This document shows, piece after piece, positions 8,912-16,630 of a stretch of 34,781 bases of DNA. The translations under genes were made by a program, and so were the position numbers. Numbering within the stretch: position 1 is the first letter of the stretch; every line of letters starts with the position of its first letter. The DNA is from a virus. Taxonomy: Duplodnaviria; Heunggongvirae; Uroviricota; Caudoviricetes. Under the pieces are notes generated by a model. That model searched no databases. It was not told where the DNA came from and was given only the letters and a program-made list of their open reading frames with translations. The stretch lies in IMG/VR virus record IMGVR_UViG_2713896902_000006; one strand, written 5' to 3'.

Positions 8912-9919
8912 ATGTCTGAGCAGACCATTGAAGTTAAACACGTTGTAGTTCACATTTTAGACAAACAACAAAATGGAGACGCTTCTGAGAGATTGAGTCC
9001 TGAAGAAGGTCTAGTTACTGAAGCCTCTCAGCGCCTTATAAACGATATTTGTGCAAAATATGCAGGACGCACAGGTAAAGGTTATGGCTATTTTGAAGGC
9101 GATACGGATAACTATCCTATGGAACGAATGGCTGGGGACTTTCTCGAAGGTGTTGATGATTTCTACCAAAGTTCCTGCCGAATGATGCATCACCTGACGG
9201 AACGTTCTCAGCGAGAAAACATGGCTACTGGTGGTTATGTTCTTTTTGCAAATATCGTGATAGGACACAATGAACACCTGTTGATAGCTATTGTAAGCGC
9301 TACCATTGGGTCCACTGTCACAGATGATTTTAACATCCAAGATAGTACCTACCTTGATATTGCTAAGCTGCGTATGGCTGGGCGCATTGACTTAACCGCG
9401 TGGGAAAGTGGCGCAGAGCGCTATATCAGTTTTCTTAAGGGGCAAGGTAATGTTTCAAACTATTTTAAACAGTTCCTCGGCTGTAATGATGTCTTAATCG
9501 CCAAACGAGAGTCTGAAAAGTTACGTGACGTTTTAAAAGCATTTGCGGCAGAGAAAGGACTTGACGGCGCTGAAAAAGATGCATTTCTTAAGAGTGCGTT
9601 TGAACACTTACATGCACTAAGTAAGGCTGGTGAACCACTTAGTCTTGAAACCCTTGTTAATGCCATTTGGCCCCAGGCTCCCGAGGAGTTATCTGGTAAA
9701 CTTGCTGCTGAAGAGTTGGAGTTATCGGATGGCTTCGTTCCTGATGGTCGAGTCATTCGGGCTCTGGTATCTTTTAAAGGCAAGTCTAAATATTGGGAAC
9801 TTAAGTTTGACCGGGAAGGGAAAACTGAAGGCTATATTGATTATGATCCGGAAACAAATATTATCACCCTACGTAATGTACCTGAAGAATTTAGGGAAAT
9901 GTGGATGACTGAGGTTTAA
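8912..9919 (+). CDS. YejK/NdpA-family nucleoid-associated protein paralogue
   Basis: 335 aa, the same length as E. coli YejK; shared blocks recalled from YejK: GG(Y/F)VLF, YLDI, (G/A)RIDLT.WE, RY(I/L).FLKG, and a C-terminal block ending DP.T..(I/L)T(L/I). AAGGTGG RBS. Confidence 0.7.
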   Translation: MSEQTIEVKHVVVHILDKQQNGDASERLSPEEGLVTEASQRLINDICAKYAGRTGKGYGYFEGDTDNYPMERMAGDFLEGVDDFYQSSCRMMHHLTERSQRENMATGGYVLFANIVIGHNEHLLIAIVSATIGSTVTDDFNIQDSTYLDIAKLRMAGRIDLTAWESGAERYISFLKGQGNVSNYFKQFLGCNDVLIAKRESEKLRDVLKAFAAEKGLDGAEKDAFLKSAFEHLHALSKAGEPLSLETLVNAIWPQAPEELSGKLAAEELELSDGFVPDGRVIRALVSFKGKSKYWELKFDREGKTEGYIDYDPETNIITLRNVPEEFREMWMTEV

Positions 9920-9921
9920 TC

Positions 9922-11127
9922 GTGGCGATTTCATTTGAGATGCTGACAGCTCTGTATCGTCGTATGGAATTCCAAGAGGGGTTTCGTGTCGGTTCGCTGT
10001 TGCTCTTAGATCAGTCCGATTGTGATCTGGTTGATACTTTGCTTGATGATCCTCGTGAATATGGTCTTTCTATTGATACAGGCACTATCGCTCCAGGTAA
10101 CACGATCATCCTACGTGTGACGTCACCACGGAGTGGACTGGGACTTGTGTTTTCCACCCATGAAAAATTGCTAAATGCTCCAAAGCATCAGTGCCTTGAG
10201 CCAGCTAATTACTTCATCCTAGAAACAAAATTTCGTAATGATGATGAAGATATCCCCGTTTTCATCAGCAACTACCGGAAGATTCTCGAGTTCGTTAACC
10301 TGCTAAAAGAGGCCGCGGCCTACTTTGATAACTCAACTTGTCAGTTAGTTTTTCTGAAAAAAGAAGTTATCAAGCTATTACCGCACTTCGCTGCAGAAAA
10401 TGTACAAAATTTGCAAAGGGAGTATCTTGATAACCTTATAGCTTGTTTCAATGATGATACCCATAAGGATCAGAAGCTAGATATTCTGATTGAAAGTATC
10501 CAAGCAGTTAGTGATGGAATTGATTCACCTCTAGTATTCGCTTATTTACTGGACAATATTCAGCGTCTGCATGAAAAGTTTCTGAAAGGGTATCGTATCT
10601 ACTCTTCTGGATTCTCTTATGACAAAGTAATGGATCAACTGCGTGCTGCAAAAGTCGAAGAAATGGGTAAAATCCACAAAGCGTTTTCAGATATCCAGAA
10701 CCATATACTTGGCATTCCTGTTGCCTCTGTTATCGTAGCTACCCAATTCAAAGTGGCTACGAAATGGTCAGGCCAAGGGATAACAAACACAATAATTCTT
10801 CTGGGATGCATTTTTGCTGCAACGTTAATCTGGCTGGCACTTTCGAACCAGATGCAATCTATAAAGGCCTTAGGCGAAGAAATTGAATACAAAGAAAAAC
10901 AGATTAATAAGGAATATTCCTTCATTAAAGATGACGTGGCTGGTGTATTTAGCAGTATTTCTGCGCGACTAGACACGCAGAAACGTACGTTCTGGATTAT
11001 ACGTGGTGTTCTAGTTATGGGAATTATTACCGCTATCACTGTTTATTTTTGGTACACAAAACCAGCCCTTGACTTCATGCAGTACTTGATTCACTGCATG
11101 AAGTCTTACTATTCGGTCAAAAGTTGA
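9922..11127 (+). CDS. hypothetical protein with two C-terminal transmembrane helices (partner of the NdpA-like gene)
   Basis: GTG start 2 nt after the upstream stop with GAGG RBS; 401 aa; hydrophobic segments ITNTIILLGCIFAATLIWLALS and FWIIRGVLVMGIITAITVYFWY near the C-terminus; very AT-rich. Confidence 0.6.
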   Translation: MAISFEMLTALYRRMEFQEGFRVGSLLLLDQSDCDLVDTLLDDPREYGLSIDTGTIAPGNTIILRVTSPRSGLGLVFSTHEKLLNAPKHQCLEPANYFILETKFRNDDEDIPVFISNYRKILEFVNLLKEAAAYFDNSTCQLVFLKKEVIKLLPHFAAENVQNLQREYLDNLIACFNDDTHKDQKLDILIESIQAVSDGIDSPLVFAYLLDNIQRLHEKFLKGYRIYSSGFSYDKVMDQLRAAKVEEMGKIHKAFSDIQNHILGIPVASVIVATQFKVATKWSGQGITNTIILLGCIFAATLIWLALSNQMQSIKALGEEIEYKEKQINKEYSFIKDDVAGVFSSISARLDTQKRTFWIIRGVLVMGIITAITVYFWYTKPALDFMQYLIHCMKSYYSVKS

Positions 11128-11887
11128 GGATAATGAGTTCCTTCTTGCGACTGGATTTGCCAGTGATCTTGAGGTTGTAGCTGATATCAACCGACTGAAT
11201 ATTTAGACCGTTGAATGCCTGCCGCATTTCCGGGATATCGTTCACCGATATAATCATATTCCCTTTGATCCTGCGTGCTAAATCTGCCATATGATCATAA
11301 TTTTCTAGTCCGAACTCCACACCATAACCTTCCGTTCCCCAGTATGGAGGGTCACAGTAGAACAACGTATGCGGGCGATCATATCGTTCTATGCACTGTT
11401 GCCAGTCCATGTGTTCTATGACCGTTCTGGAAAGCCGCAGGTGTGCCGCTGACAGTTCATCTTCAATACGCAGCAGGTTGAAGCGTGGCGGGGATATGGT
11501 GGAGGTACCAAAGCTGTGCTCCGCCACCTTGCCTCCAAACGCCTGCTTCTGAAGGTAGTAGAACCGTGCTGCACGCTGGATATCCGTCAGTGTTTCTTCC
11601 GGGGTGATCTGCAGCCATTTGTAGATCTGCCGGCTGACCAGCGCCCATTTGAACTGGCGTACAAATTCTTCCAGATGATGTTTTACCACCCGATACAGGT
11701 TCACCAGCTCACCGTTGATATCATTAATGACTTCGATCTTGCCGGGTACCTTAAGAAAATAGAGCGCTGCTGCCCCACAAAACGGCTCCACATAACATTC
11801 ATGCGCCGGAAACAGCGGCAGGATGTGTTTTGCAAGGCGGCGTTTGCCACCAATCCATGGAACGATGGGTAATGTCTGCATTTTCAT
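11117..11887 (-). CDS. dam: DNA N6-adenine methyltransferase, Dam-like (orphan)
   Basis: DPPYW catalytic motif and EPFCGAAA SAM-binding-like motif; 256 aa; no adjacent restriction endonuclease; 3' end overlaps the convergent cassette gene by 11 bp. Confidence 0.8.
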   Translation of the reverse strand: MKMQTLPIVPWIGGKRRLAKHILPLFPAHECYVEPFCGAAALYFLKVPGKIEVINDINGELVNLYRVVKHHLEEFVRQFKWALVSRQIYKWLQITPEETLTDIQRAARFYYLQKQAFGGKVAEHSFGTSTISPPRFNLLRIEDELSAAHLRLSRTVIEHMDWQQCIERYDRPHTLFYCDPPYWGTEGYGVEFGLENYDHMADLARRIKGNMIISVNDIPEMRQAFNGLNIQSVDISYNLKITGKSSRKKELIILNF

Positions 11888-11934
11888 AATCTGTAAGCCT
11901 TTTACAATTATAAAAAATATGGCAGGCTAGTCTG

Positions 11935-11946
11935 GTCTCGCGAGAC
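11935..11946. promoter_or_regulatory. perfect 12-bp palindrome GTCTCGCGAGAC in the divergent Dam / late-operon control region
   Basis: Read directly; lies between the Dam start (11887) and holin start (12135), next to an AT-rich stretch. Confidence 0.3.
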
Positions 11947-11992
11947 TGACTGAACCTTGGTCGGCTCACAGCGCATTCCTGTGGGGCGATGG

Positions 11993-12030
11993 CCAGCCCG
12001 GTGTTCGGGTACCGGGCTGGTCGTTCTTTC
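11993..12030 (+). terminator. stem-loop (10-bp perfect stem CCAGCCCGGT/ACCGGGCTGG, 8-nt loop) followed by a U-rich tract; possible attenuator upstream of the late operon
   Basis: Stem arms at 11993..12002 and 12011..12020, then TCGTTCTTTC; function not established. Confidence 0.3.
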
Positions 12031-12134
12031 AAAGCCATCATGCAGTGCACGTTTACATCTTCACTATTAACGCTGTTTAAAATCCGTATCCCGCCACATT
12101 TGTGATGCTGTCTCCACCAAACGAGGAGACACAC

Positions 12135-12485
12135 ATGAAAAACCTGAAAAAATTCATTCCCCCTGTTAAAAAACCTCGCCTCAGCGGCTGGCTGCTGACC
12201 TCAGTGCTGTTGCTGGGCATCATCGCTCTGGTCTCGCCACAGCAGTTGCCTGTTGTGATCTACAAGCTGGCACTCATCACGCTGGCAGCAGTGCTGGGTT
12301 ACTGGCTTGACCGTTCGCTCTTCCCCAAAGCCCGTCCCGGTCAGTACCTGAAACATGACGACAGACTGATGGCTGAAGGGCGTTTCCCTGTGCAGACCGG
12401 CCTTCACCTTGTATTTTCTGCTGCGTTAATCCGCCGTGCACTGATTGTTGCAGCAGTCTGTCTGGCCGTAGCGATGGGGCTTTAA
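12135..12485 (+). CDS. putative holin (multi-TM small membrane protein)
   Basis: 116 aa from ATG 12135 with GAGGAG RBS; several hydrophobic segments; immediately precedes the endolysin with a TAATG overlap. Confidence 0.55.
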   Translation: MKNLKKFIPPVKKPRLSGWLLTSVLLLGIIALVSPQQLPVVIYKLALITLAAVLGYWLDRSLFPKARPGQYLKHDDRLMAEGRFPVQTGLHLVFSAALIRRALIVAAVCLAVAMGL

Positions 12486-13228
12486 TGATGACTATTTATA
12501 TGTACTGGCCTCAGGTTGTCTGGGCCGTGCTGGTATTGCTGGGGCTGGGCAGCGAACTGGCCCGCCACGGGCAGGCCCGAACGGGTAAGCACAGTTTCTG
12601 GTGGCGGCTCTTTGGTTCAGTAACAGTAGCCTGGCTGCTCTGGTGTGGCGGCTTCTTCAGTCAGGCCCGCGCAGCGCAGCCTCCGCAGGCTGCGTTGCAG
12701 TATCGCGATGATGTGATCCGTAATGCCCGGCTTGAATGGGGACTGTCTGCGCCGGTGGCCGATTTCGCCGCGCAACTGCATCAGGAAAGCGGCTGGCGAC
12801 CTGATGCAGTCTCGCCGGCGGGCGCTCAGGGGCTGGCGCAGTTCATGCCCGCCACCGCCGACTGGATAAGTCAGTTGATGCCGATGCTGAGCAGTCATGA
12901 GCCGTTTAATCCGGCATGGGCCATCCGGGCGCTGGTCAGCTATGACCGCTGGCTGTGGCAGCGCGTCAGCGCCGCCAACGACTGCGAGCGTATGGCCATG
13001 ACACTGTCGGGCTATAACGGTGGTCTGGGCTGGGTACAACGGGACAGGCGGCTTGCATCACAGAAAGGTCTGGACAGCACCCGCTGGTTTGGTCATGTCG
13101 CCACGGTGAATGCCGGACGCAATGCTGCCAGCTGGCGGGAGAACCGTCATTATCCGCAACGCATCCTGCGCGAACTGGCGCCGCGATATCTCACATGGGG
13201 AGGCAGCAGTTGTGTGGCATCTGGTTAA
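12485..13228 (+). CDS. endolysin, lytic transglycosylase (SLT domain) with N-terminal signal-anchor (SAR-like)
   Basis: SLT motif block ESGWRPDAVSPAGAQGLAQFMPAT; hydrophobic N-terminus WAVLVLLGLG; follows the holin. Confidence 0.8.
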   Translation: MMTIYMYWPQVVWAVLVLLGLGSELARHGQARTGKHSFWWRLFGSVTVAWLLWCGGFFSQARAAQPPQAALQYRDDVIRNARLEWGLSAPVADFAAQLHQESGWRPDAVSPAGAQGLAQFMPATADWISQLMPMLSSHEPFNPAWAIRALVSYDRWLWQRVSAANDCERMAMTLSGYNGGLGWVQRDRRLASQKGLDSTRWFGHVATVNAGRNAASWRENRHYPQRILRELAPRYLTWGGSSCVASG

Positions 13229-13862
13229 AAAGCTGCCGTGGCGCGGCATTCTTCTGGCCATTCTTATCAATGCCTTTCTGATCGGCCTGTATGCCATGGG
13301 ATACAGAAGTGGTCATGACTCTGCAAAGCGTGACGGTGATACCGCGCTCAGTCAGTTACAGTCCGAGTTCGACACGTACAAAACGGAACAGACAAGGATT
13401 GAGAATGCTGCGCTACGGGCCTGGGCCAGACGGTATCAGGAGCAGGTGGCCGCCGGGCAACGGGCTGAGGCCGGTTATCTTGAGCAGATTGCTCAACTGG
13501 AGAGCCGGAACAAACAACTACAGGAGCAAATTAACGATGTCACACAGCGCTGGATTGATGAAAAAGGTAAGAGCCATCCCATTGAGTGCGTGTTTACTCG
13601 CGGTTTCGTGCGCCAGTACAACGCCGCACTCGGATATGACAACGCATCCGTCGACACCGGTCATTCAGACTCAGTTGCCGCCACTGGCACCCGCTCTGGC
13701 ACAGCGACCGGGCAACCTGAAACCACTGACACCCGGTTACGCGATTCGGGTGTCTCCCAGCGTGACGTTCTCGCCAACATCATCGACAACGCATGGCAAT
13801 GTCGTCGCTGGCGGAACCAGATAAACGCGCTGCTGGATGAACGGGAAGGATTACAGAAATGA
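13212..13862 (+). CDS. i-spanin (Rz-like): N-terminal TM plus periplasmic coiled coil
   Basis: GTG 13212 with GGGAGG RBS; TM segment ILLAILINAFLIGLYAMG; coiled-coil region; the o-spanin is nested within it. Confidence 0.6.
   Translation: MWHLVKKLPWRGILLAILINAFLIGLYAMGYRSGHDSAKRDGDTALSQLQSEFDTYKTEQTRIENAALRAWARRYQEQVAAGQRAEAGYLEQIAQLESRNKQLQEQINDVTQRWIDEKGKSHPIECVFTRGFVRQYNAALGYDNASVDTGHSDSVAATGTRSGTATGQPETTDTRLRDSGVSQRDVLANIIDNAWQCRRWRNQINALLDEREGLQK
13537..13824 (+). CDS. o-spanin (Rz1-like lipoprotein) embedded in +1 frame of the i-spanin gene
   Basis: Signal peptide with lipobox LSAC; proline-rich mature part (PSTPVIQTQLPPLAPALAQRP); entirely nested; alternative start ATG 13558. Confidence 0.55.
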   Translation: MSHSAGLMKKVRAIPLSACLLAVSCASTTPHSDMTTHPSTPVIQTQLPPLAPALAQRPGNLKPLTPGYAIRVSPSVTFSPTSSTTHGNVVAGGTR

Positions 13863-14185
13863 CACTGCAGGTTGAATTCTGGACGGTGGTGAGTTTTCTG
13901 CTCACCTTCATGGGGTTTGTTGGAGGGCTCGCCAAATGGTTGTTCAGTAAAACAGAAGAACGCCAGGCGGCACGATTCGCCTCCCTTGAACAGGCCCTGC
14001 AACAGTCCGCCTCCAACTGGGGCGAGCTGGAAAAAGAATTTATGCGCTTTAAAGCGGATTTACCGCTGAATTATGTCCGTCGAGAGGATTATATCCGTGG
14101 CCAGACAGTCATTGAGGCCAAACTGGACGCGCTTTATAACAAACTGGAAGTGGTACAGCAGTACCGCAATACCGGAGGTCAATAA
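13859..14185 (+). CDS. hypothetical protein with N-terminal TM helix
   Basis: 108 aa; ATGA overlap with i-spanin stop; TM segment FWTVVSFLLTFMGFVGGL. Confidence 0.5.
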   Translation: MTLQVEFWTVVSFLLTFMGFVGGLAKWLFSKTEERQAARFASLEQALQQSASNWGELEKEFMRFKADLPLNYVRREDYIRGQTVIEAKLDALYNKLEVVQQYRNTGGQ

Positions 14186-14496
14186 TGGTCGATATTACCC
14201 GGGTACGCCGCGAATCCCTGCGCTGGAGTCTGCTGGTTGCCCTGAACAAGACCCGCCCTTACACCGCCAGCGAGACGCTGCTGCTGGATGTGTCCCGTGC
14301 CATCTACCCGGACACCACACCGCTGGAACTGCGCCGCGAACTGGATTATCTGGCTGACCGTAAAATGGTTGATCTGGAGAAAAAACCTTCTGGCGACTGG
14401 TTTGCTGACCTGACCCGCCTCGGCGTAGACCTGGTGGAATACACCGTGGAATGTGGTCCGGGTATTGCCCGCCCGGAAAAGTACTGGAGTGAATAA
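14185..14496 (+). CDS. hypothetical late protein
   Basis: 103 aa; GGAGG RBS; TAATG overlaps on both sides. Confidence 0.5.
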   Translation: MVDITRVRRESLRWSLLVALNKTRPYTASETLLLDVSRAIYPDTTPLELRRELDYLADRKMVDLEKKPSGDWFADLTRLGVDLVEYTVECGPGIARPEKYWSE

Positions 14497-15041
14497 TGGC
14501 CAGACGCAGCACAATAGAAAAGCTGCCGGAAGACGTGCGCCGCTGGCTTGAACGGGCGCTGACTGAATCCGGCTTCAGCGGGTATAACGAGCTGGAGTCC
14601 CTGCTGCGTGAGCGGGGGTACGTCATCAGCAAATCCGCTATCCATCGCTATGGACAGAAGATTGAGCGCCGCTATGGTGCTATCCGTGCGGCAACAGAAG
14701 CGGCCCGCATGCTGACCGAAGGCGCAGCAGACGATCAGGATGCGCGTTCGGAGGCTGTGATAGCCCTTATTCAGACCGAGCTGTTCGAGAGTATTGTCCA
14801 GTTGCAGGAGGCGGAAGAAGGCGAAGTCGATCCTAAAGAACGCGTGGCCCTGCTGTCGAAGGTGGCGAAGAATGTGGCTACGCTGTCCCGCGCGTCCGTC
14901 AACCTCAAAAAGTTCCAGTCTGAAGTACGGGCCAGAGCGCAGCAGGCAGCCAGCAACGCCGAGAAAATTGCCCGTAAGGGGGGACTGTCAAGCGACGCAG
15001 TACAGGCGCTTCGTCGCGAGATTCTGGGGATTGCCACATGA
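14496..15041 (+). CDS. putative terminase small subunit (Mu gp27-like)
   Basis: 181 aa directly upstream of and overlapping (ATGA) the large terminase; call is mainly positional with recalled resemblance to Mu-like gp27. Confidence 0.5.
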   Translation: MARRSTIEKLPEDVRRWLERALTESGFSGYNELESLLRERGYVISKSAIHRYGQKIERRYGAIRAATEAARMLTEGAADDQDARSEAVIALIQTELFESIVQLQEAEEGEVDPKERVALLSKVAKNVATLSRASVNLKKFQSEVRARAQQAASNAEKIARKGGLSSDAVQALRREILGIAT

Positions 15042-16630
15042 CAAAATCATCCGGAGTGATTTTAAACGCCGCTGGCGGCGGCCCCGAAGGGATGAGTCCC
15101 ATGGACGGGAGGAATAACCTTGCTCCCGTTTTGCCTGATACCTCGGCGCTGGATGCCCCTCCCGTTCTGTTGCCTTACCAGCAGCGCTGGGTGGCAGACA
15201 CCTCTCCGCTTAAGGTGATAGAAAAGAGCCGTCGTACCGGTATTACATGGGCTGAGGCATCCGATAACGTACTGACCGCCGCCTCTTCTGCGCCAGCAGG
15301 CGGGATGAATGTGTATTACATCGCTTATAACCAGGACATGACCGTCGAATACATTCAGGCGTGTGCGATGTGGGCACGGGCATTCAACTATGCGGCCAGT
15401 GAAATTGAAGAAGGATTCTGGGAAGAGGACGACGACAAACACATCAAGACTTACACCATCAAATTTCCTGACTCCGGCTTTCGTATTGTTGCGCTCTCCA
15501 GCCGCCCGTCTAACCTGCGTGGCCGTCAGGGTATTATTGTTATCGACGAAGCGGCGTTCCATGAGCAACTGGACGAACTGCTGAAAGCGGCGCTGGCGAT
15601 GCTTATCTGGGGGGGAAAGGTACGCGTTATCTCCACCCATAACGGTGACGACAATCCGTTCAATACGCTTATCGGGGATATCCGTGCCGGACGTCAGGGA
15701 GGCAGCATACATCGCATCACTTTCCGGGAAGCCGTATCTGAGGGGCTGTTCCGGCGCGTCTGTCTGCGCACCGGGAAGGAATGGTCGGAGGCATCCGAGC
15801 AGGCCTGGATGGCATCGGTGTACAAATTCTACGGTGCCGGCGCATCCGAAGAGCTTGACTGTATTCCGGCCAACGGCGGCGGTGTCTGGCTGTCCCGTGC
15901 CCTGATAGAGTCCCGCATGTCCGCTGATACGCCGGTATTGCGTCTGACCTGCAAGGAAGGTTATGAACTGCTGTCTGATGAGGTTCGCTTCCGCGAGACG
16001 CAGGACTGGCTTGATGAGTATCTGAAACCATTGCTGGAGGCACTCCCCACTGATGCCCGCTCTTTCCTGGGGCGCGACTTTGGCCGTAGCGGTGATTTGT
16101 CGGTGGACTATCCCCTGCTGCAGGAGAAGAACCTGGTACGACGCGTGCCATTCGTACTGGAGCTGCGTAACGTGCCGTTCAGACAGCAGGAGCAAATCAC
16201 CTGGTATCTGATGGATGGCCTGCCCGGTCTGCTGGGTGCAGCGTTTGATGCCCGTGGTAATGGTGCCTATCTGGCTGAATACGCCATGCAGCGCTACGGC
16301 TCCAGCCGGGTTCAGCAGGTGATGCCAACTGAAGGCTGGTACCGGGAGCATATGCCTCCGGTCAAAGCTGCACTGGAAGACGGTAACCTGGTGGACTTAC
16401 CAAAGGATGAAGACACACTGGATGACCTGCGGGCCGTTCAGGTGGTGAACGGTGTCCCCCGCGTGCCGGAGCAACGCTCAAAAGCAAAGGCTGACGGTGG
16501 TAAACGCCACGGGGATTCAGCCATCGCACTGGCGCTGGCGTATTTCGCCAGCCGTGAAATTAACAAAGGGCCGGTGAAGGCAAGCTCACGCTGTCGTCGT
16601 CAGGCGGCCCGTATGCTGGAGGGATTCTGA
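15038..16630 (+). CDS. terminase large subunit (Mu gp28-like)
   Basis: 530 aa; Walker A-like KSRRTGIT and Walker B-like IIVIDEAAF; followed by the portal gene. Confidence 0.8.
   Translation: MTKSSGVILNAAGGGPEGMSPMDGRNNLAPVLPDTSALDAPPVLLPYQQRWVADTSPLKVIEKSRRTGITWAEASDNVLTAASSAPAGGMNVYYIAYNQDMTVEYIQACAMWARAFNYAASEIEEGFWEEDDDKHIKTYTIKFPDSGFRIVALSSRPSNLRGRQGIIVIDEAAFHEQLDELLKAALAMLIWGGKVRVISTHNGDDNPFNTLIGDIRAGRQGGSIHRITFREAVSEGLFRRVCLRTGKEWSEASEQAWMASVYKFYGAGASEELDCIPANGGGVWLSRALIESRMSADTPVLRLTCKEGYELLSDEVRFRETQDWLDEYLKPLLEALPTDARSFLGRDFGRSGDLSVDYPLLQEKNLVRRVPFVLELRNVPFRQQEQITWYLMDGLPGLLGAAFDARGNGAYLAEYAMQRYGSSRVQQVMPTEGWYREHMPPVKAALEDGNLVDLPKDEDTLDDLRAVQVVNGVPRVPEQRSKAKADGGKRHGDSAIALALAYFASREINKGPVKASSRCRRQAARMLEGF

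Noticed and set aside
13110-13862. Longer 250-aa version of the i-spanin ORF starting at ATG 13110
   Set aside because: That start would overlap the endolysin gene by about 120 nt in another frame and lacks an RBS; GTG 13212 with a GGGAGG RBS gives a typical TM-first spanin.
15062-16351. 429-aa ORF on the minus strand
   Set aside because: Lies entirely antisense within the large terminase gene; no RBS or coupling context; typical shadow ORF in GC-rich coding DNA.
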